DNA of 54,091 nt, counting the filler, from Sphacelaria rigidula (lineage: Eukaryota): NCBI GenBank assembly GCA_964200075.2. It is 5 parts of 5 records of this genome, joined end to end, with 100 filler letters (N's around TTAATTAATTAA, not from the genome) between each part and the next. Parts side by side here need not be neighbours in the genome. Positions count along the whole stretch, not along the records: positions 32,516 to 43,253 come from CAXNAA020006003.1; positions 43,354 to 54,091 come from CAXNAA020006004.1; 3 more parts are not named here. One strand, 5' to 3'. This document shows, one piece after another, positions 37,557 to 50,749 of this stretch. The notes under the pieces are model-generated. The model was not told the origin of the DNA and ran no database searches. It saw only the letters and a program-made list of their open reading frames with translations. Position 1 is the first letter of the stretch; each line of letters opens with the position of its first letter. The position numbers and the translations under genes were made by a program.

Positions 37557-38111
37557 ACTATCAAGACGCGACATAAAGTGTGGGATGAGAAGAGAAGAGG
37601 CACTGGTGAAAATTTGGGGTGACTCTAAATTTTGGCAAAAACTAGGATATGCCATAACTCCCACGAAGAAAACGAAAGACAGCCGTATCCCGCAACACGA
37701 ATCTTTTGCCTGCGCACAGAAGATCCTGGCAGACATTCGAATCAAATTCGCAAAACTAGGCCGCTTGTGAGACGTTTATTGGGACACCGCTTCTCCCTGG
37801 TGGTGCCACCGATAGAGGAGCCGACAATTACACAGGTTACGACTTTGAATCTCCACACGACCACCCCCCCCACCCATAACCTGACAGATTGTGTTTTCTC
37901 CAGGAGGCAGCGCGGATAAACGTTCCGGGCACATACGCCCCCCCGCCCCCCGCCCCCCTGGAGTGCATTTTTTCGAAAATGGTCATGATTTTTTTTTGTT
38001 CTTGTCAACTTTGTCGCAAAATATTGATCAGTAACACTGCTTCACACGCAGCCATTCGGCTACCCTCATAAATACTCTATTCCCGTAAACTTTTCGAACC
38101 TTCAGAGTAAT

Positions 38112-38250
38112 TAAACGCCTCTAGAGATCGCGCGGCCCTCCCGAGGGATGGGATCAAACGCCTCCGGAGGAGTTCGGAGGTACGCGGCCCTCCAGAGGGG
38201 TGGGCTCAAACGCCTCGGGAGGGATTTGGAGGTACGCGGCCCTCCAGAGC
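38112..38250. repeat. ~52-bp tandem repeat (AAACGCCTC.GGAGG...GTACGCGGCCCTCCAGAG)
   Basis: About 2.5 units, followed by scattered CCCTC.AGAGG motifs to ~38400. Confidence 0.8.
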
Positions 38251-41200
38251 ACGAACGTTTTTGTAACTCTCGAGGGATTCAGACCTCAGAGGTCGCTGGA
38301 GCATCAGATGCCCTCCAGAGGATTTGTTTATGACCGCACCTGGGCATGAAATGCCCTCTAGAGGGTATTTTGCCCTCGAGAGGATGAAAATCGCAACAGA
38401 GGATTTTATGGGGGTAGCCGGATGGCCGCGTGTGTTTGATTTTTTCTGTTGATTTTGTTATAAGAAATTGATCAATAAACACTGACAAAAACCGAAAACT
38501 CTGGTGGGCTTTGCGGGCTTCGTATACCCGCTTCTGCTCCTTGCCCGCTCTGTCCCGATGACCTCAGATACCGGAGGGCATTTTTTAAAAAAATATATCA
38601 AAATTTATCATGATTTTTGGATATTATTTGGTTCAGTTTGTTGCAAGGAACTGATCAATGAGCATTGACAAGATCCGAAAAGTCTAGTCGGCTTCGCAAG
38701 GTGAATATTTGCTTCTGCTCCTTGATATATTTACATATACTCAAATAATATATAATATAAGGAGCATATATATTATAGCATATATTCTATAGCATATATA
38801 CTACATATAATACAAGGTTCTCTCTTAGGAGGTTGGTACTGGCGTCCCGGAGGTGACCAAGTCGAAAATATATCAGTGTTATTCCGTTTCCATATGATGT
38901 TTTTTTTTTGTGGGAGAATATATGTCTTGATCGTGAGTTAGGCCTGATCGCCTCCTAGAAGCCAGCCTCACTCCATCTTTGCCCTCTTATGTTCTCACGA
39001 ACAGAGGCTCGAGTCGTATGCGCCCGTCGCAATGCAGCTATGCAGCAAAACATCAACCCAGATCCAAATCACAGTAGGAGCAATTCGAATCCAGATATTC
39101 ACATGAATTAATTGTCTCTTTCTTGTAGTTTATAATACGAACCAGACCTATTAGTTCCCCGTGACTATCAAGCTCACTGGCAAGGACTTACCTAGAGCTG
39201 ATGATGTCCTGGATCCGAGACAGAGTAAGCGATCATGAATGATGGGGGGCACTCAACGCTCCGACATATAACTACCCTACACCTTGAGTTATACCCACAC
39301 ATGGTCCTGGTACAAAGCTCGAAAAATATAAATCCTCCACCCAACGAACGTTCCGGGAACGCTATCTGTTGTGCACATGGACATTCGACGCGCAGCAGGC
39401 AAGACAATCAACCATACAACTTTAATCACATCGACTGCTATTCAGAACATCGGTTTGGATCTTCCAACAAACTGACGTCTCTTAACGGCCAAATCGAAGA
39501 TTCATATCCAAACGTTGCTTTTACTTGGAGACATGCATACTCGAGAGATCTCGAGACCAGCCCCTGCAAATAACATGACAATAGCCCACCCTGATACGTG
39601 AGTTTGCAGAAGCGCAAAGAGCTTCGAAGACTCACGTTTCCCACACCACAAAAAAGGTAAGACTCAACAAGACAAAGAGCAATGCGGACTTACCCTAGCC
39701 TGGTAAATAAGGGACTTCAGCCTCAGCGCATGACCTACGTGGTTGCGCTATCATCCAGTCTCTGATACACACAAAGCCTAGCCTGACAACTACGGCCTGC
39801 AGTATTAGGACGTGACCCGGAGGGTCAAAATATCAACCCACCAAAATATACAAACTACGCTCCGCCGATGAGATCAGCGCGTGACTTGGACAGGCTTACG
39901 GTCGAACACTCTGGAAACCCACACAACCCAGGCTATTCCTTCGGAAACGGGAACTGTAGTATCCATGGTCGAGCGACATCAAGGGGGGGAGCGCAACACT
40001 CGCAGTAGGATATCACGTTAATCAATTTCGAGGGGCCCGCCAAGGCATAACGGTCAAGAAGACATCACTTTTATCATTGAGGTGGTGCATGCAAAAACTC
40101 ATACCGGTGAAAAGACTAACGAGATAGCTCGCGGTGTAGGATATAGGAGCGGCAGCAGTGGCCAACTGAAGCTCCAGAAGCGTGCAGCGATAATCGCCGC
40201 GCGACGCGTACTGAGGAAGCCCGGGGGAACGATCATCCGTTTTCGCGCACGCCGAGAAACAAAAGCCACAGTTATCATACCCAAAGCACGTGACGAATTG
40301 CTGAGGAAGCCCTTGTTCCGCCACACCTAATAAATACAGCGGTACGTTTTGCAGCTAAGCGTCCATTTGCCCTCGGTGGTACACGCAGGAGTAATAGGCC
40401 GCCTCTGCCACTATATTTCCTGCCTGCATCTTGAGCGGAGCTGTATCGTAACACAGCCGCTATGGCGCGCAAGCCGGCTGTAAAATATTTCATGCCGAGT
40501 GGAGACTTCTACACTGTTTTGAAGTGATACCGCGCGCAGTTCCCTCTACGAGTATTGCGGACGTCGCAGTAGGCAATAGCTTCCATACTGTGCACAGCCC
40601 ATTCTTTGACATTGCATACTAACTATAGAAAGCTCCTGTCCAGGTTGTAACACATTTCCACACATATTAGGCGGTGAGACCGTGAAATAATCCACAGCAC
40701 ATGGCCGAAGTGGAAGTGAGGCAATCACCGAAATATTCTCGTGCAAAGCCTGTACGGCCGTGCTCTAAGTCGATGGCGCTAGAAGAACACCAGTGCAATG
40801 GCCATCCCGGCTGCCGGCCTGTTTGCACGGCCGTCCCGGTAGTGATGGGACTATCTGCACCGGGATATTCCCCCCAGTGCCAGGTACGCCGGCAAAGGTC
40901 CGTGGCGCTACCCACTGGTCGCGCGACAGGAGCTTAACCTTCGGCTGTTGAAATATTTGAAGCGGAAATGTTCACCTCCCAACCCTCACATATGTAGCGG
41001 ACCATAAACGATGCTTGTTTGCTAGGTTCCTTCGGATGTTCATCCATAACTGGGCGAAGATTGATGATGAGGCCGGCAGGATCCGTCGCAGCCTGCGTGC
41101 TCGACTGTCATCATACCCAATATAGCCGTCATCAGACAGCAGGGTGTTAAAAAAGTGAAATCCCACGCACCGTGAGTATCCACCGTATCAATGCCGACCG

Positions 41201-41709
41201 GGCCATCAGCGACTTCCCCTGCTGCAGCTGTTACTGTGACACCTTCCTCTGATACCAATCTACACATTCTTCAGTGATGTTCAACATGCCTTTGTGGACT
41301 GTTGGGTTCGCATAACTGGGACCCACATTACGCAGACATGTGTTACAGGCTTCACATCGAAACTAAATAGTAAGGCATCTCAGATTACTTGACTCGTGTT
41401 TGCTGCTGATTAAGTCCAAGGCAATGATCGACTGTTCTCAACTGCTTTGCTCTCATTTTCTCGTGACATTCGCTGCATAACCGCTGTATGTGTGCTCCCA
41501 AATCAACAAAAAACGAAAAAACAATTACAATTAAAAACTCCCCGCCACGAACAGGCTTTTGTGGTTCGGGTTCCTGCTCGAAGTTTCCCACGATCTTGAA
41601 AAGGCTTGTGTGGTTCGGGATCGACATCCCGCATGTAATATAGTATATACTGCCGCTTGAGATATATATATATATAATTCGTATATGTATAATATAGTAT
41701 AATTTTAGG

Positions 41710-41931
41710 TCGGCCATTTCTCTCTGTGCTTTGCTTTTGTTTACTGTTTATTTAATTTTATTTTTTTGTCACGTCCTAGTCTACTACGAAGTATGTCGTT
41801 TTGTTCGACTTTTTTCCGTGTTCCTTCTTTCCTTCAGCGAGTGTTCAAGTTTTATTTTTTTGGGGACGTCTATATGAGACCACGGCTGGACCCCTGGGGA
41901 TCACTTACGGTGCAACAATCCATCAATCAAT
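41710..41931 (+). mobile_element. Retroposon family C, 5'-truncated, (AATC)n tail
   Basis: Matches 47541-47751 (CGGCCAT...CTGTGCTTTGCTTTTGTT...CTAGTCTACT...ACCACGGCTGGACCC...ACAATC). Confidence 0.8.
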
Positions 41932-42577
41932 AGTCAGGACAAGAAGCATATATATGTACATGTATCTCATCACGCGCTTTCTCTTGCAGTGCACGAAGGA
42001 GGCGCAGCGGTACATTACCTTGCAGGTTTGCGTGTCATCTGATACCTGTGGCGCGTGTTTTGGCGATCGAAAGTCGCCCGCACTGGCTCTTTTTCGCGGG
42101 GTGTCGATCCCGGACCACAAAAGCCGTCCCAAGTTCATGAAACACGTCAAGCAGCAGGATGATGGTTGGCGGGGTATTTTCCCCCCGTGTTTCTCTTCTT
42201 CGGGTTCTCGTTCATTTGGGAGCACGAGTACACCGCTTATGCCGCCAATGTCACGAGAACATGAGAACAATGTAGTTGAAAACAATCGAACATTACCTTG
42301 GCCTCAGTCAGCAGCAAACACCAGACCGTGCGGTGAGCCTTCGACGAGTTGAACAAGGCACACACGTGGGCAAACGTCCCCACTGTGGGTCAACTGTGTA
42401 AAACCAGCAAAGCGGGGTGCCGAATTCCCTGTGATCATGCAACCCGTAGGATATGCCTGTGGAGAACTGGCGCAGGGGTATCCTTGTGACAGGGTTGACA
42501 GGTTTGTCCTTGTGACATTGATGACAAGGAGAATCATACGAGTACGCATCTCATGTATCTTTCGACGGCTTCGTATT

Positions 42578-43012
42578 TTATTTTCAGTATAAGTCAAGCG
42601 TTACTTTGCTCGTGCATTTCTCCGCCGTGTCTGAACAAACCAGCCTGAAAATTGGCACAGAGGTAGACCACAACACAGACAGCATATTCCCGGGTCGGCG
42701 GCACGTTTTACGTGGTGCGCCAGACGCACGGAGTCGATACGGGTCGTGGGCAATGCCATCGATACGCCCTTAAAACGGAGTCCCCTCGGCCCACACTGTG
42801 GGAGACGTCAGTGGATGCATACATGGACACGCAGATGCGCTCACTTCCACATCATGACCTGCTGGGGGGCTCCTGCCCCGGCAAACGAGCATCGATCCGT
42901 ATTGCGTACACTCTGGATGATGTCATTTTCCGTGGTATTTACCTTGGTATCGCCTGTAGAGGCACTCACTTCAGGAGGCACGGTCGTGCAAGCGCTGTCA
43001 GTGCTTTTACGC
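42578..43012 (+). repeat. Second copy of the ~430-bp dispersed repeat
   Basis: Colinear with 32676-33115. Confidence 0.85.
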
Positions 43013-43253
43013 GCAATGTATATTATGTACATGTATCATTTAACATTTTCACCGCTTTTGCCGAGTTTCCTCTGGCGGCAAGGCATTTTTTCCCACACGT
43101 CCTATTACACAGTATTGTTCCTTTTCAATGTTATGGAGGCATTGTACTCAAATTATAATTCATCATCCGCGGCGTCAATCGGAGACGGTCATACTGTAAG
43201 GCCTAAGATATACCGAGACTAGAGGGGGCGGACGTCCTTGGAAGAGAGGTCTC

Positions 43254-43353
43254 NNNNNNNNNNNNNNNNNNNNNNNNNNNNNNNNNNNNNNNNNNNNTTA
43301 ATTAATTAANNNNNNNNNNNNNNNNNNNNNNNNNNNNNNNNNNNNNNNNNNNN
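43254..43353. other. Artificial contig linker
   Basis: Same 100-bp N/TTAATTAATTAA spacer. Confidence 0.98.
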
Positions 43354-43436
43354 CCAATCACCCCACCCCCCCCCCCCCCCCCCCCTTCCGTCTTCCCCTC
43401 CGATCTCATTTTTATTCGGTATCACCCTCACACCAG

Positions 43437-43655
43437 AAACACGGGGAGCTGACTCGCAGCGGAAGCCGAAGGGGGAGGAAGAGAGTCAAGTCAAGGGGGC
43501 TTTATCCGGTGTCTGTCAAGTTCGGCCGACCGGACATCTCGGGTTTTATCAGGGACACGGTGCAGTTCAACCCCCCGGCCCCCACGACTGAATGGCCAGA
43601 GGCGAATCTTGACGTGGGCCGTCCGGCAGTGAAGCGGGGACCCCGTCTGGCACAG
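43437..43655 (+). CDS. NOX/ferric-reductase-like gene, internal exon (…VSVKFGRPDISGFIRDTVQF…RGPRLAQ)
   Basis: CACACCAG| acceptor and CAG|GTAAGT donor; 219 bp, only phase 0 open; FGRPD motif of the NAD-binding domain. Confidence 0.75.
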
Positions 43656-44485
43656 GTAAGTGATCGTGCTGTTGCTGTTGCTGTTTTTTTGTTTCAATTT
43701 TTTTTATCACAGGCCAGCGTATTCGTCAAGTGTCTCTGTTGCGCGTGACGTTGATGACGAATCGCTTCCTACCAAAACAAAGTCAAGAGGTACACGGAAT
43801 AAAAATTATTAAAAATGATGTTGATGTTGATGATGATGATGTTGATGCTACTAATTGCAATGGTAACGATGATATATATATATATATATAATAATAATAA
43901 CAATAACACCTACAAGAATGATGGTATAAAATATTGAAATAATCATAATATTAGCATGAAAAACAATGAACAATGGATGGATAATGGTGTGATGGTGTTA
44001 CAAAAAACGTGATACTTTTTAACAGTAAAACCGCGTGATGAGTATCCAGTGTTTTCATGCAAATACGAACAATATGGCGACATCACTCAAAGGGACAAAA
44101 AAAACAACCAAACGAATGCACAAAACCGTTTCTTCAGAATTTTTTTTCTTTGTTTTTGCGCGAAGATAAGTAAACCTGCTGTATGTAAATTAGGAGGCAC
44201 GCAACAACCGCCGACGGAAATGAGTAAACTGTTTTTTAATGGTTGAATGCGCTGCGCTCGACAGGCTCTAAGTTGAGTGTTCGAGTCCGGTCCAAGCTCA
44301 TTCTCTCGATGATGAACACATCGATCACCACCGCAGAGCGTTGAGACCCCCTCTGCGGTCAACGGTCTTACGGCTACAGAGTTTGAGATCATAAGTACCC
44401 TTCCGGGTTGACACGCGACTATGGTTTTGTGCTCTCGGCTGTGCATTGCTGCTGTCGAAGTCAAACGGGAAGCGTTTGGTGTATA

Positions 44486-44984
44486 AGAATGTCTCCGTGA
44501 GATTGAGAGCAGAGGATACGATCGAGGCCGTGTCTTATCAGATTGGTTTTGTGTCAAAAACGTGCGGTGGAATCGACTTCGCTCGTTTCTCATTCGTCCA
44601 CGGTATTTTTTTGCTCGGATGGTTGAGATTGAACGTGAATGCCGTGGACGTATCAGTTACGGGCAAAGTCGATACCACCGTACGCTTCCGAGTCGAGAAC
44701 AATTTGATAACACACGGTCTGAGAGTGAAAAACGTGGAAATACTTTGATGAATTGTTTCAGTTCCGAAATGCCCCTCCGCGAGGCCCCATATGCTTTCTG
44801 CAGTTTGTTGTCACTGAAGCCCTTGATGTCCCCGAGTAGGATGTCGTCGTGTAGCTGTAAGCACACCCGTCAAGTGCTACAGGCAGAGAGGAGCACACAC
44901 CGAATGAAAAAATGGTCAAGTTGGAGCGAATAATCGAACCCACTCTCATCCAACTCTCTACTCTCAATTTCACAAAAATATTAT
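44486..44984 (-). mobile_element. Longer (499-bp) TA-MITE copy in an intron of the NOX/FRE-like gene
   Basis: TA+AGAATGTCTCCGTGAGATTGAGAGCAGAG ... CTCTACTCTCAATTTCACAAAAATATTAT; extra ~200-bp internal segment relative to the 12648 copy. Confidence 0.75.
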
Positions 44985-45822
44985 TCTCGCATGTCATCTG
45001 CATGAGGAGCACTGCTGATGGCCGGCCGAAGCTGTGTTTTTTATGATTTGCCTGCGACTGGGACAACCTCTGCTCACGAGCAGGGGCTGCTGACATGCCC
45101 CGTCTGTAACCCCGAGATAACATGCACGTGCGGGCACACGGACAGCAAAAATAAATAAATGAATTTTCTTTTTGTACGGTGCAGTCAGTTAGTCAGCACA
45201 GCAGTTAGTTAGCCCGGCGATAGACGTCGTTAATGTCCGGTGTGTGCGTGTGTGCGTCCCTTCAATGGAACGACCCCTGGGCTGTATGTACTGTGCAGTG
45301 TAATGTTCTGGGTTTATTGATGGTGGATGTTCACAGTGCTCCTGCTTGTCGAGAGCGAGAGAAGCACGTCTTTGTCCAGAACCCTGATGTGTGCCTTGGA
45401 GAGGGAGTTTCACGTGAGACGTGGGAAACGTTTCGAAGCTTTTTATCGCTCTTCTATTATCGTCTTGCTTCTTCCCCCGGGAAGGAGATGAAGTTCTCGT
45501 AAACCGCGAAAGTTTGTCGAGCGAAGGCGCAAGATGAAGCTTGGAGGTGAGCTTTCTTTGTGATATCGCATTGTAGCCATTTATACATATATATATATAT
45601 ATATATGAATTAAATACATATACCAAGAAATTATCATCAATCGATCTCCCCTGTGATCTTCCTGTGATTGTTCATCACACAATTATTTCTGTTTTGCGTC
45701 GCATTTTTCCTTTTTTTTTCCGGGTGTTATATTTCGATAGACACGCAAACGCTCGCATGCCCTCACTCACGCACGCGCGAGCTCACGACTTACCCATTAC
45801 TTATTTTTTTGCTTTTGTCCAG

Positions 45823-45960
45823 GTGATCGAGCGCCTCAACACGGGGCAACGCATCTCCAAGGAGAACTTGATGCAGGCGGACATCGCCATGGTGCAAAAG
45901 ACACGTTCAGCACCTCAGTCGAGGGGCCCATCTCGCTCAAATTCTCGTTCCAACCTAAAG
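45823..45960 (+). CDS. NOX/FRE-like gene, internal exon (VIERLNTGQRISKENLMQADIAMVQK…SNLK)
   Basis: TTTTGCTTTTGTCCAG| acceptor and AAG|GTGAGT donor; 138 bp, phase 0/0. Confidence 0.85.
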
Positions 45961-46193
45961 GTGAGTGCAGGCTGTACGATGCCGTGGAAACCAGTACCAT
46001 GTACTCGTAGTCATGCGGTATGAGTATACTTTGCTTTGGAGCGAATTCTTCATCTGTTGCTTGCTTGTTATTGTTGTTGTTGATGATGATTAAGTACTTC
46101 CTGTGATGAATTCCCATCCTCTATCATCCCCTGACCCCTGGCTCCTGGCCTCCGGGTTCCGATCTCCGGCCCTGCCCGCTTTTTTCGCTCACC

Positions 46194-46468
46194 GAGCAAT
46201 GCTACGACGGTAGGGGTGCACTGTTTGCGCAAAATCTCGCCTGATTTAGAGGCTCCGAACGATTTTAGATGCATAAGAATATGGATCAGGGCATCCCCGT
46301 TGGCAAATCCATTCGGGATATCCCCACGATCGCACATTGGAAGAGTTATAATCCTGCATGGCGTACAATCATTTATTTCATAAGTCGTGTTGTGGATGAG
46401 ATGAAGGGCTCCTGACGATTTTAGCCACAGAAAATATTTGTGCACCCCTACCGTCCGTAGCATCACTT
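46194..46468. mobile_element. Sola-like MITE, second copy (intronic)
   Basis: Homologous to 26945-27198; exact 4-bp TSD CACC (46190-46193 and 46469-46472). Confidence 0.85.
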
Positions 46469-46549
46469 CACCCTCTTCCGTCATTTTCGCGTCGCACACC
46501 TTCGTTTCCGTTCGCTTGTCGTGTTTTTCTGTGGTATTTGTTAACCAAG

Positions 46550-46645
46550 GCGAATGTCGAGGAGACGCCGGAATCGTCGGAGGCGATGAGGGGCAATCTT
46601 CCGTGGCTTGTGGTGTACAGCGGTGCCAACGGAAGAGTTGAACGG
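46550..46645 (+). CDS. NOX/FRE-like gene, internal exon (ANVEETPESSEAMRGNLPWLVVYSGANGRVER)
   Basis: T-rich tract plus AAG| acceptor and CGG|GTGAGA donor; 96 bp, phase 0/0; W-x-x-x-Y-[C/S]-G motif. Confidence 0.75.
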
Positions 46646-46996
46646 GTGAGACTTGATGCACCACTCGTGCACCATAAGAATGGGCCCATTTTTCACTACT
46701 CCCCCTCTCCCCTTCTTCCTTTCCGTGGTGGGGTTGCCTATGACGGCTACTCGTTGTATCCTCGACTTCATTTTGTTTCGATGTTCCGTGGGAATTACTC
46801 GAACTGAGTAAATTGGCGTAAAAAGCGGTTTCCACGTAAAATACACACCCATGGCGAGAGTCACGTGTGGTCTGCTGGCCGTGAAAATATCGCGCGTGGA
46901 TGAGTCTGGGATCCCGAGTAACAATGACGAATTTGGCGTATTCATCGCACGGTGGCGTTTGACACGAGCAAGAAAAATAGGAAGCCAACCAAACAC

Positions 46997-47036
<40 letters not shown>
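46997..47036. repeat. (TTG)n microsatellite
   Basis: Direct reading. Confidence 0.95.
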
Positions 47037-47540
47037 CAAAACGATTTTGCGGTATGAATATATACTGTATATATGGCCAAGTACATCATGAATGGGAAAA
47101 AGGATGAAATAATCGATTACAATAGGTGATGGGCTGCTGTGTGTGTTGGTTTGTTGTTTGAATTTGTCACGTCTTGATTTTTTTTCTTCTTTTTCGTTGC
47201 TTGATTTATTGTACCATGACCACTGGCATACGAAATGGTGGTAATGACCGCCGGCTGATGAGTTTGAGATACCACAGAGCTCATGATACTGGGGTACTAC
47301 ATGGGGGGTGATACACCACGTATCCGGACCAGCAAATACTCGGCGAGCCGGTGACTCGAGTCTACCGTCTCTCGAGCGCTGAAAGGTTCGGATACCGTAC
47401 TTCTCGTGGGTTTAGTGTACATTCCATCTTCCGCGTTGTACCGGCTGAATCGCATCAACAGCGCATTTTCATGTCTTGGTCTACTACTCTTTTTTATTTA
47501 TTTTTCTCCATTTATTTTTCTGCTCCTTTTTTTTGTCAGT

Positions 47541-47939
47541 TCGGCCATCTTTTTCTGTGCTTTGCTTTTGTTGATTTTTTTCCAACGTCTAGTCTACTGT
47601 GTCCTTCTGTTCGACTTTTGTCTGCTCGTTCGTCTTCCTGAACGAATGTTTCAGTTTTGCTCCTCATGGGGTCGTCTATTATGCGACCACGGCTGGACCC
47701 ACGGGTGATCAGTTAAAGTGCGACAATCAATCAATCAATCAATCAATCAATCTAATTATATGTCGCTATGTCCGACCTTTTCTGTTCCTTCTTTTTTCAG
47801 CGAGTGTTTTAGTTTTGTCTTCTCTTGGGTCCGTCTGTCATGTGACCACATGTAACCACGGCTGGATACCTGGGGTGTCCGTCAAAGTGCGACAATCAAA
47901 TCAAATCAAATCAAATCGAATCGAATCGAATCGAATCAA
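47541..47939 (+). mobile_element. Two head-to-tail family C retroposon 3' ends with (AATC)n and (AAATC/GAATC)n tails
   Basis: First copy ends at ~47751; a second truncated copy (47757-47939) follows directly. Confidence 0.8.
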
Positions 47940-48356
47940 CTCGAAGTGCAGGGATGTGCTATTTTGCAACAGGATCGTGTCGCACACCACCACCACTCCT
48001 CACGCCGATCCCTTCAGCGTGGCGGCGGAAGCCGCCGAAACGCCCTTGTGTTTATTTGCAACACCAGGGTGCCATCGGAGACTTCCGAAGTAGAATTGCG
48101 AGATTAATTGGATAACTATACGTGTGGTAAAATGATTGGTCAGTGCTCGGCAATTTTTTCACCTCCCGTGCTGCTTACATGTTGCTTGTTTACATTCTCC
48201 CCCCTCCCCAAACCGCGAGCCTGGTCCGGCGAAAACCCGGCGTGCTCTGTCCCGGCTTTGTAGGGATGCGAGGTCAATAGTCTGATAACTACGGCATGCA
48301 TGATCATGAGTACACCCCACCCCTCCCCACCCCACTCCATGGATGTGCACGCGCAG

Positions 48357-48422
48357 GCGATCTCGTCTGTGTGTGAGGAGCTGAAAATAACGTGGAGGAA
48401 GGAATACTTCTCAACTTGGTGA
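48357..48422 (+). CDS. NOX/FRE-like gene, terminal exon (AISSVCEELKITWRKEYFSTW*)
   Basis: GCGCAG| acceptor, phase 0; KE-x-F-x-x-W* resembles the C-terminal E-x-F of NOX/FRE proteins. Confidence 0.75.
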   Translation, partial: AISSVCEELKITWRKEYFSTW

Positions 48423-49986
48423 TCATTGTCTGGCGTTTTCTTGTCTTTGGAGGAGATGCCGCGTGAGCAGAAGCTTCTTTCTTCTCTTGGTGTGCCGTGG
48501 ACGACGAATGGCCTCTCCTTATCGTTCAACTTTCCACCTTGGATTCCCCCTTCACCCCGTTCCTACTACTCCCTAGGGGCGGGGAAGAACATCATCTTAT
48601 GATGACTTTTATTCGGTTTGGGTGTTGTTTGTATGTGCATGTGCGCCCGTTTTCACAGAAGCGGAACAAAACGTGTGTCACGTCGTGGAATAATGTCCTC
48701 GTTTCTTGAGTGCGTGGCAGTATTCGGAGTTTTTGTGGAGCCAAAAAACAGAAGAAAAACAGCGTTGGTTCATGGAGTTAGCTCGTCGTCCGTCTCCTTT
48801 CGCACGCGAACCCTGTGTTGAGACTGTGAATTCCTGTGGTGCGTACGAGATTTTTTAGTTTTTTACTTGCAGTATTTTGTTTTCGTGACTAAACAGTTCA
48901 TTTTCTTTTTCCTTTTTTTTCCCCTTATTTCCAAATATTTCCGACGAGAAGAACACGCACCCGGAAGAGGGTGGCTAAACCTCGTGTTTTTGGCATCGTA
49001 AGCGGAGCGATAGGGTAGCTAGCGATCATGTCCACGTTCTCAAGACGGTAAACTAAAAGACTTCCTCCATTCGCAAAGTTGGACCGTTCCGTGTTGTGTC
49101 GTAGTTTCAGGAGTTGGGCGTGTGTGGGTTAGTTGAAAGATACGTGGAAGCGTCTATTCTCAACCTTACGAGCACACTGGACCATGCGTGGTTTGACCGC
49201 CGCTCTGCTAGTGCTACAGCACAGCACAGACACGGGCTTGTTGTGCTTGTTATTACCGTCAGGTTTGGGGTAGCACAGGCGCGAACCTGTCGTGCTTATT
49301 GTCTCCTTTTTTGTAATTGGCCGTTGGAGTTTGTGTCGGCGTATGCTCTGGTGTGCATGCTTCTTTCCAGCATCTAGTAGTGAGGTGTGGGCCCTTCGTC
49401 CGTCCGGTTCGTGTGCTCTCGTATTCGATCGATGAATGGAATGGGATGCCTGTTTCCGGGTGCTTTTCGACTGCGATACGTGTGTCTGTCGTAGTCTGTT
49501 GGGCGTATAGGTTTGCTTGAAGCAGACGCAGAGCACAAAGGGATGGGACGGGGGTTCGAGTGCAAATTGTGGAAGCTGGAGCAAAACCTCCTGTTCGTGC
49601 GCCGTGTAGAAGATGACAGTACTCCTCCTGTGCTTGCGGAAAGTTTTGAACTATGGCGGATGCGCGTGTTACAGACAGTATCGCCATGAGCCACGGGACC
49701 ACAGAATTTGATTTTGTTTTATTTCAGCAGTTGCTTTGCATTGGGCGGAATTTTTTTGAACTGAGTAGATGCACGTGCTACCGATATCGTCGCGATGAGC
49801 CACGGGACCACGGAGTATTATTTTTATTATTTTTTATTTTTCGCGGTTTCTTTGCTTCCTTCCACGGAAAGGCTCTTGCGCGCAAGCACCACTGTTTGAG
49901 AGTCCGGTCCCCGGTGATTTGGGCTACACAGTGAGCTCCATATATTTGTGCTCCTACAAAATAGATACCCAGAAACAAAAATTGCG

Positions 49987-50007
49987 ACCCTTACCGTAGC
50001 ATTGCTC
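49987..50007. mobile_element. Orphan right TIR of the Sola-like MITE family
   Basis: ACCCTTACCGTAGCATTGCTC. Confidence 0.55.
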
Positions 50008-50749
50008 CCGTGTTTCGGAAAAAGATGCGTTTTGTGACCTGATGCTGACGTTCCCGTTGCATCATCTTTCCCGAGTTGGGTAGCGTGAGCAGGAATTTGG
50101 CTGTTTATTTTTTTCTTTTATCAGCGCTGTTTTTCCTCTTTTTTCTTTGTTTGGTGAGAGCGTGGCACTAGTGAGGACTTGCCCCGTCTTTTTTTCGCAT
50201 GCGCGTGTCTTCCTAGCGCTTGCCACCTTCGGTAGCGCCCTCTTCGACGCGGGCGGGCGTGTGTGTGTGTGTCTTTGTAATAATCACCGAGGAACGTTCC
50301 TTGACATTCCAGGGACGTCTAGATTTCGCCGGCTTCAGCCATATTTTTGTCCCGTGTTATTCCGGTGTAATAAACACCGGTGTATGGCGTTCTTAAAAAA
50401 ATTGGAAGTAACGGGAGGCGAGTTGGGCGAGGTCTACCAGGGCTGGTTATGGATTAGTCTCCTGATACCCCTGAATCGTCTTTAGTGAAGGGAAGGAGGG
50501 GGGGGGGATATGTTTTTGGGAAATTGGTGTGAGTTGACGCTCTCTCTGCCATGCCCGTCGTGTCAAAAGCACGCGTTGTTATCCTCTTGTTGTAACTGGT
50601 GCGGGGAGGTGTCTTTGTTTTGTTTCGCGTCGAGATATATTTACTTGAATGTACCAAAGGAGAAGAAAAAAAAACATCAAGGGGGATACTGGCGAGATAT
50701 ATGTTTCGAGTGTTGTGTGTGGAGATGGATGGTTTTCGACCAAACTAAT

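Noticed and set aside
46068-47039. 323-aa minus-strand ORF
   Set aside because: Starts in a (TTG)n microsatellite, crosses a MITE and is antisense to a well-supported exon.
47250-47300. Hammerhead ribozyme (CTGATGAG core); also checked 19451, 27112 (minus), 31475 and 39198
   Set aside because: No GAAA core partner with closed stems I-III at any site.
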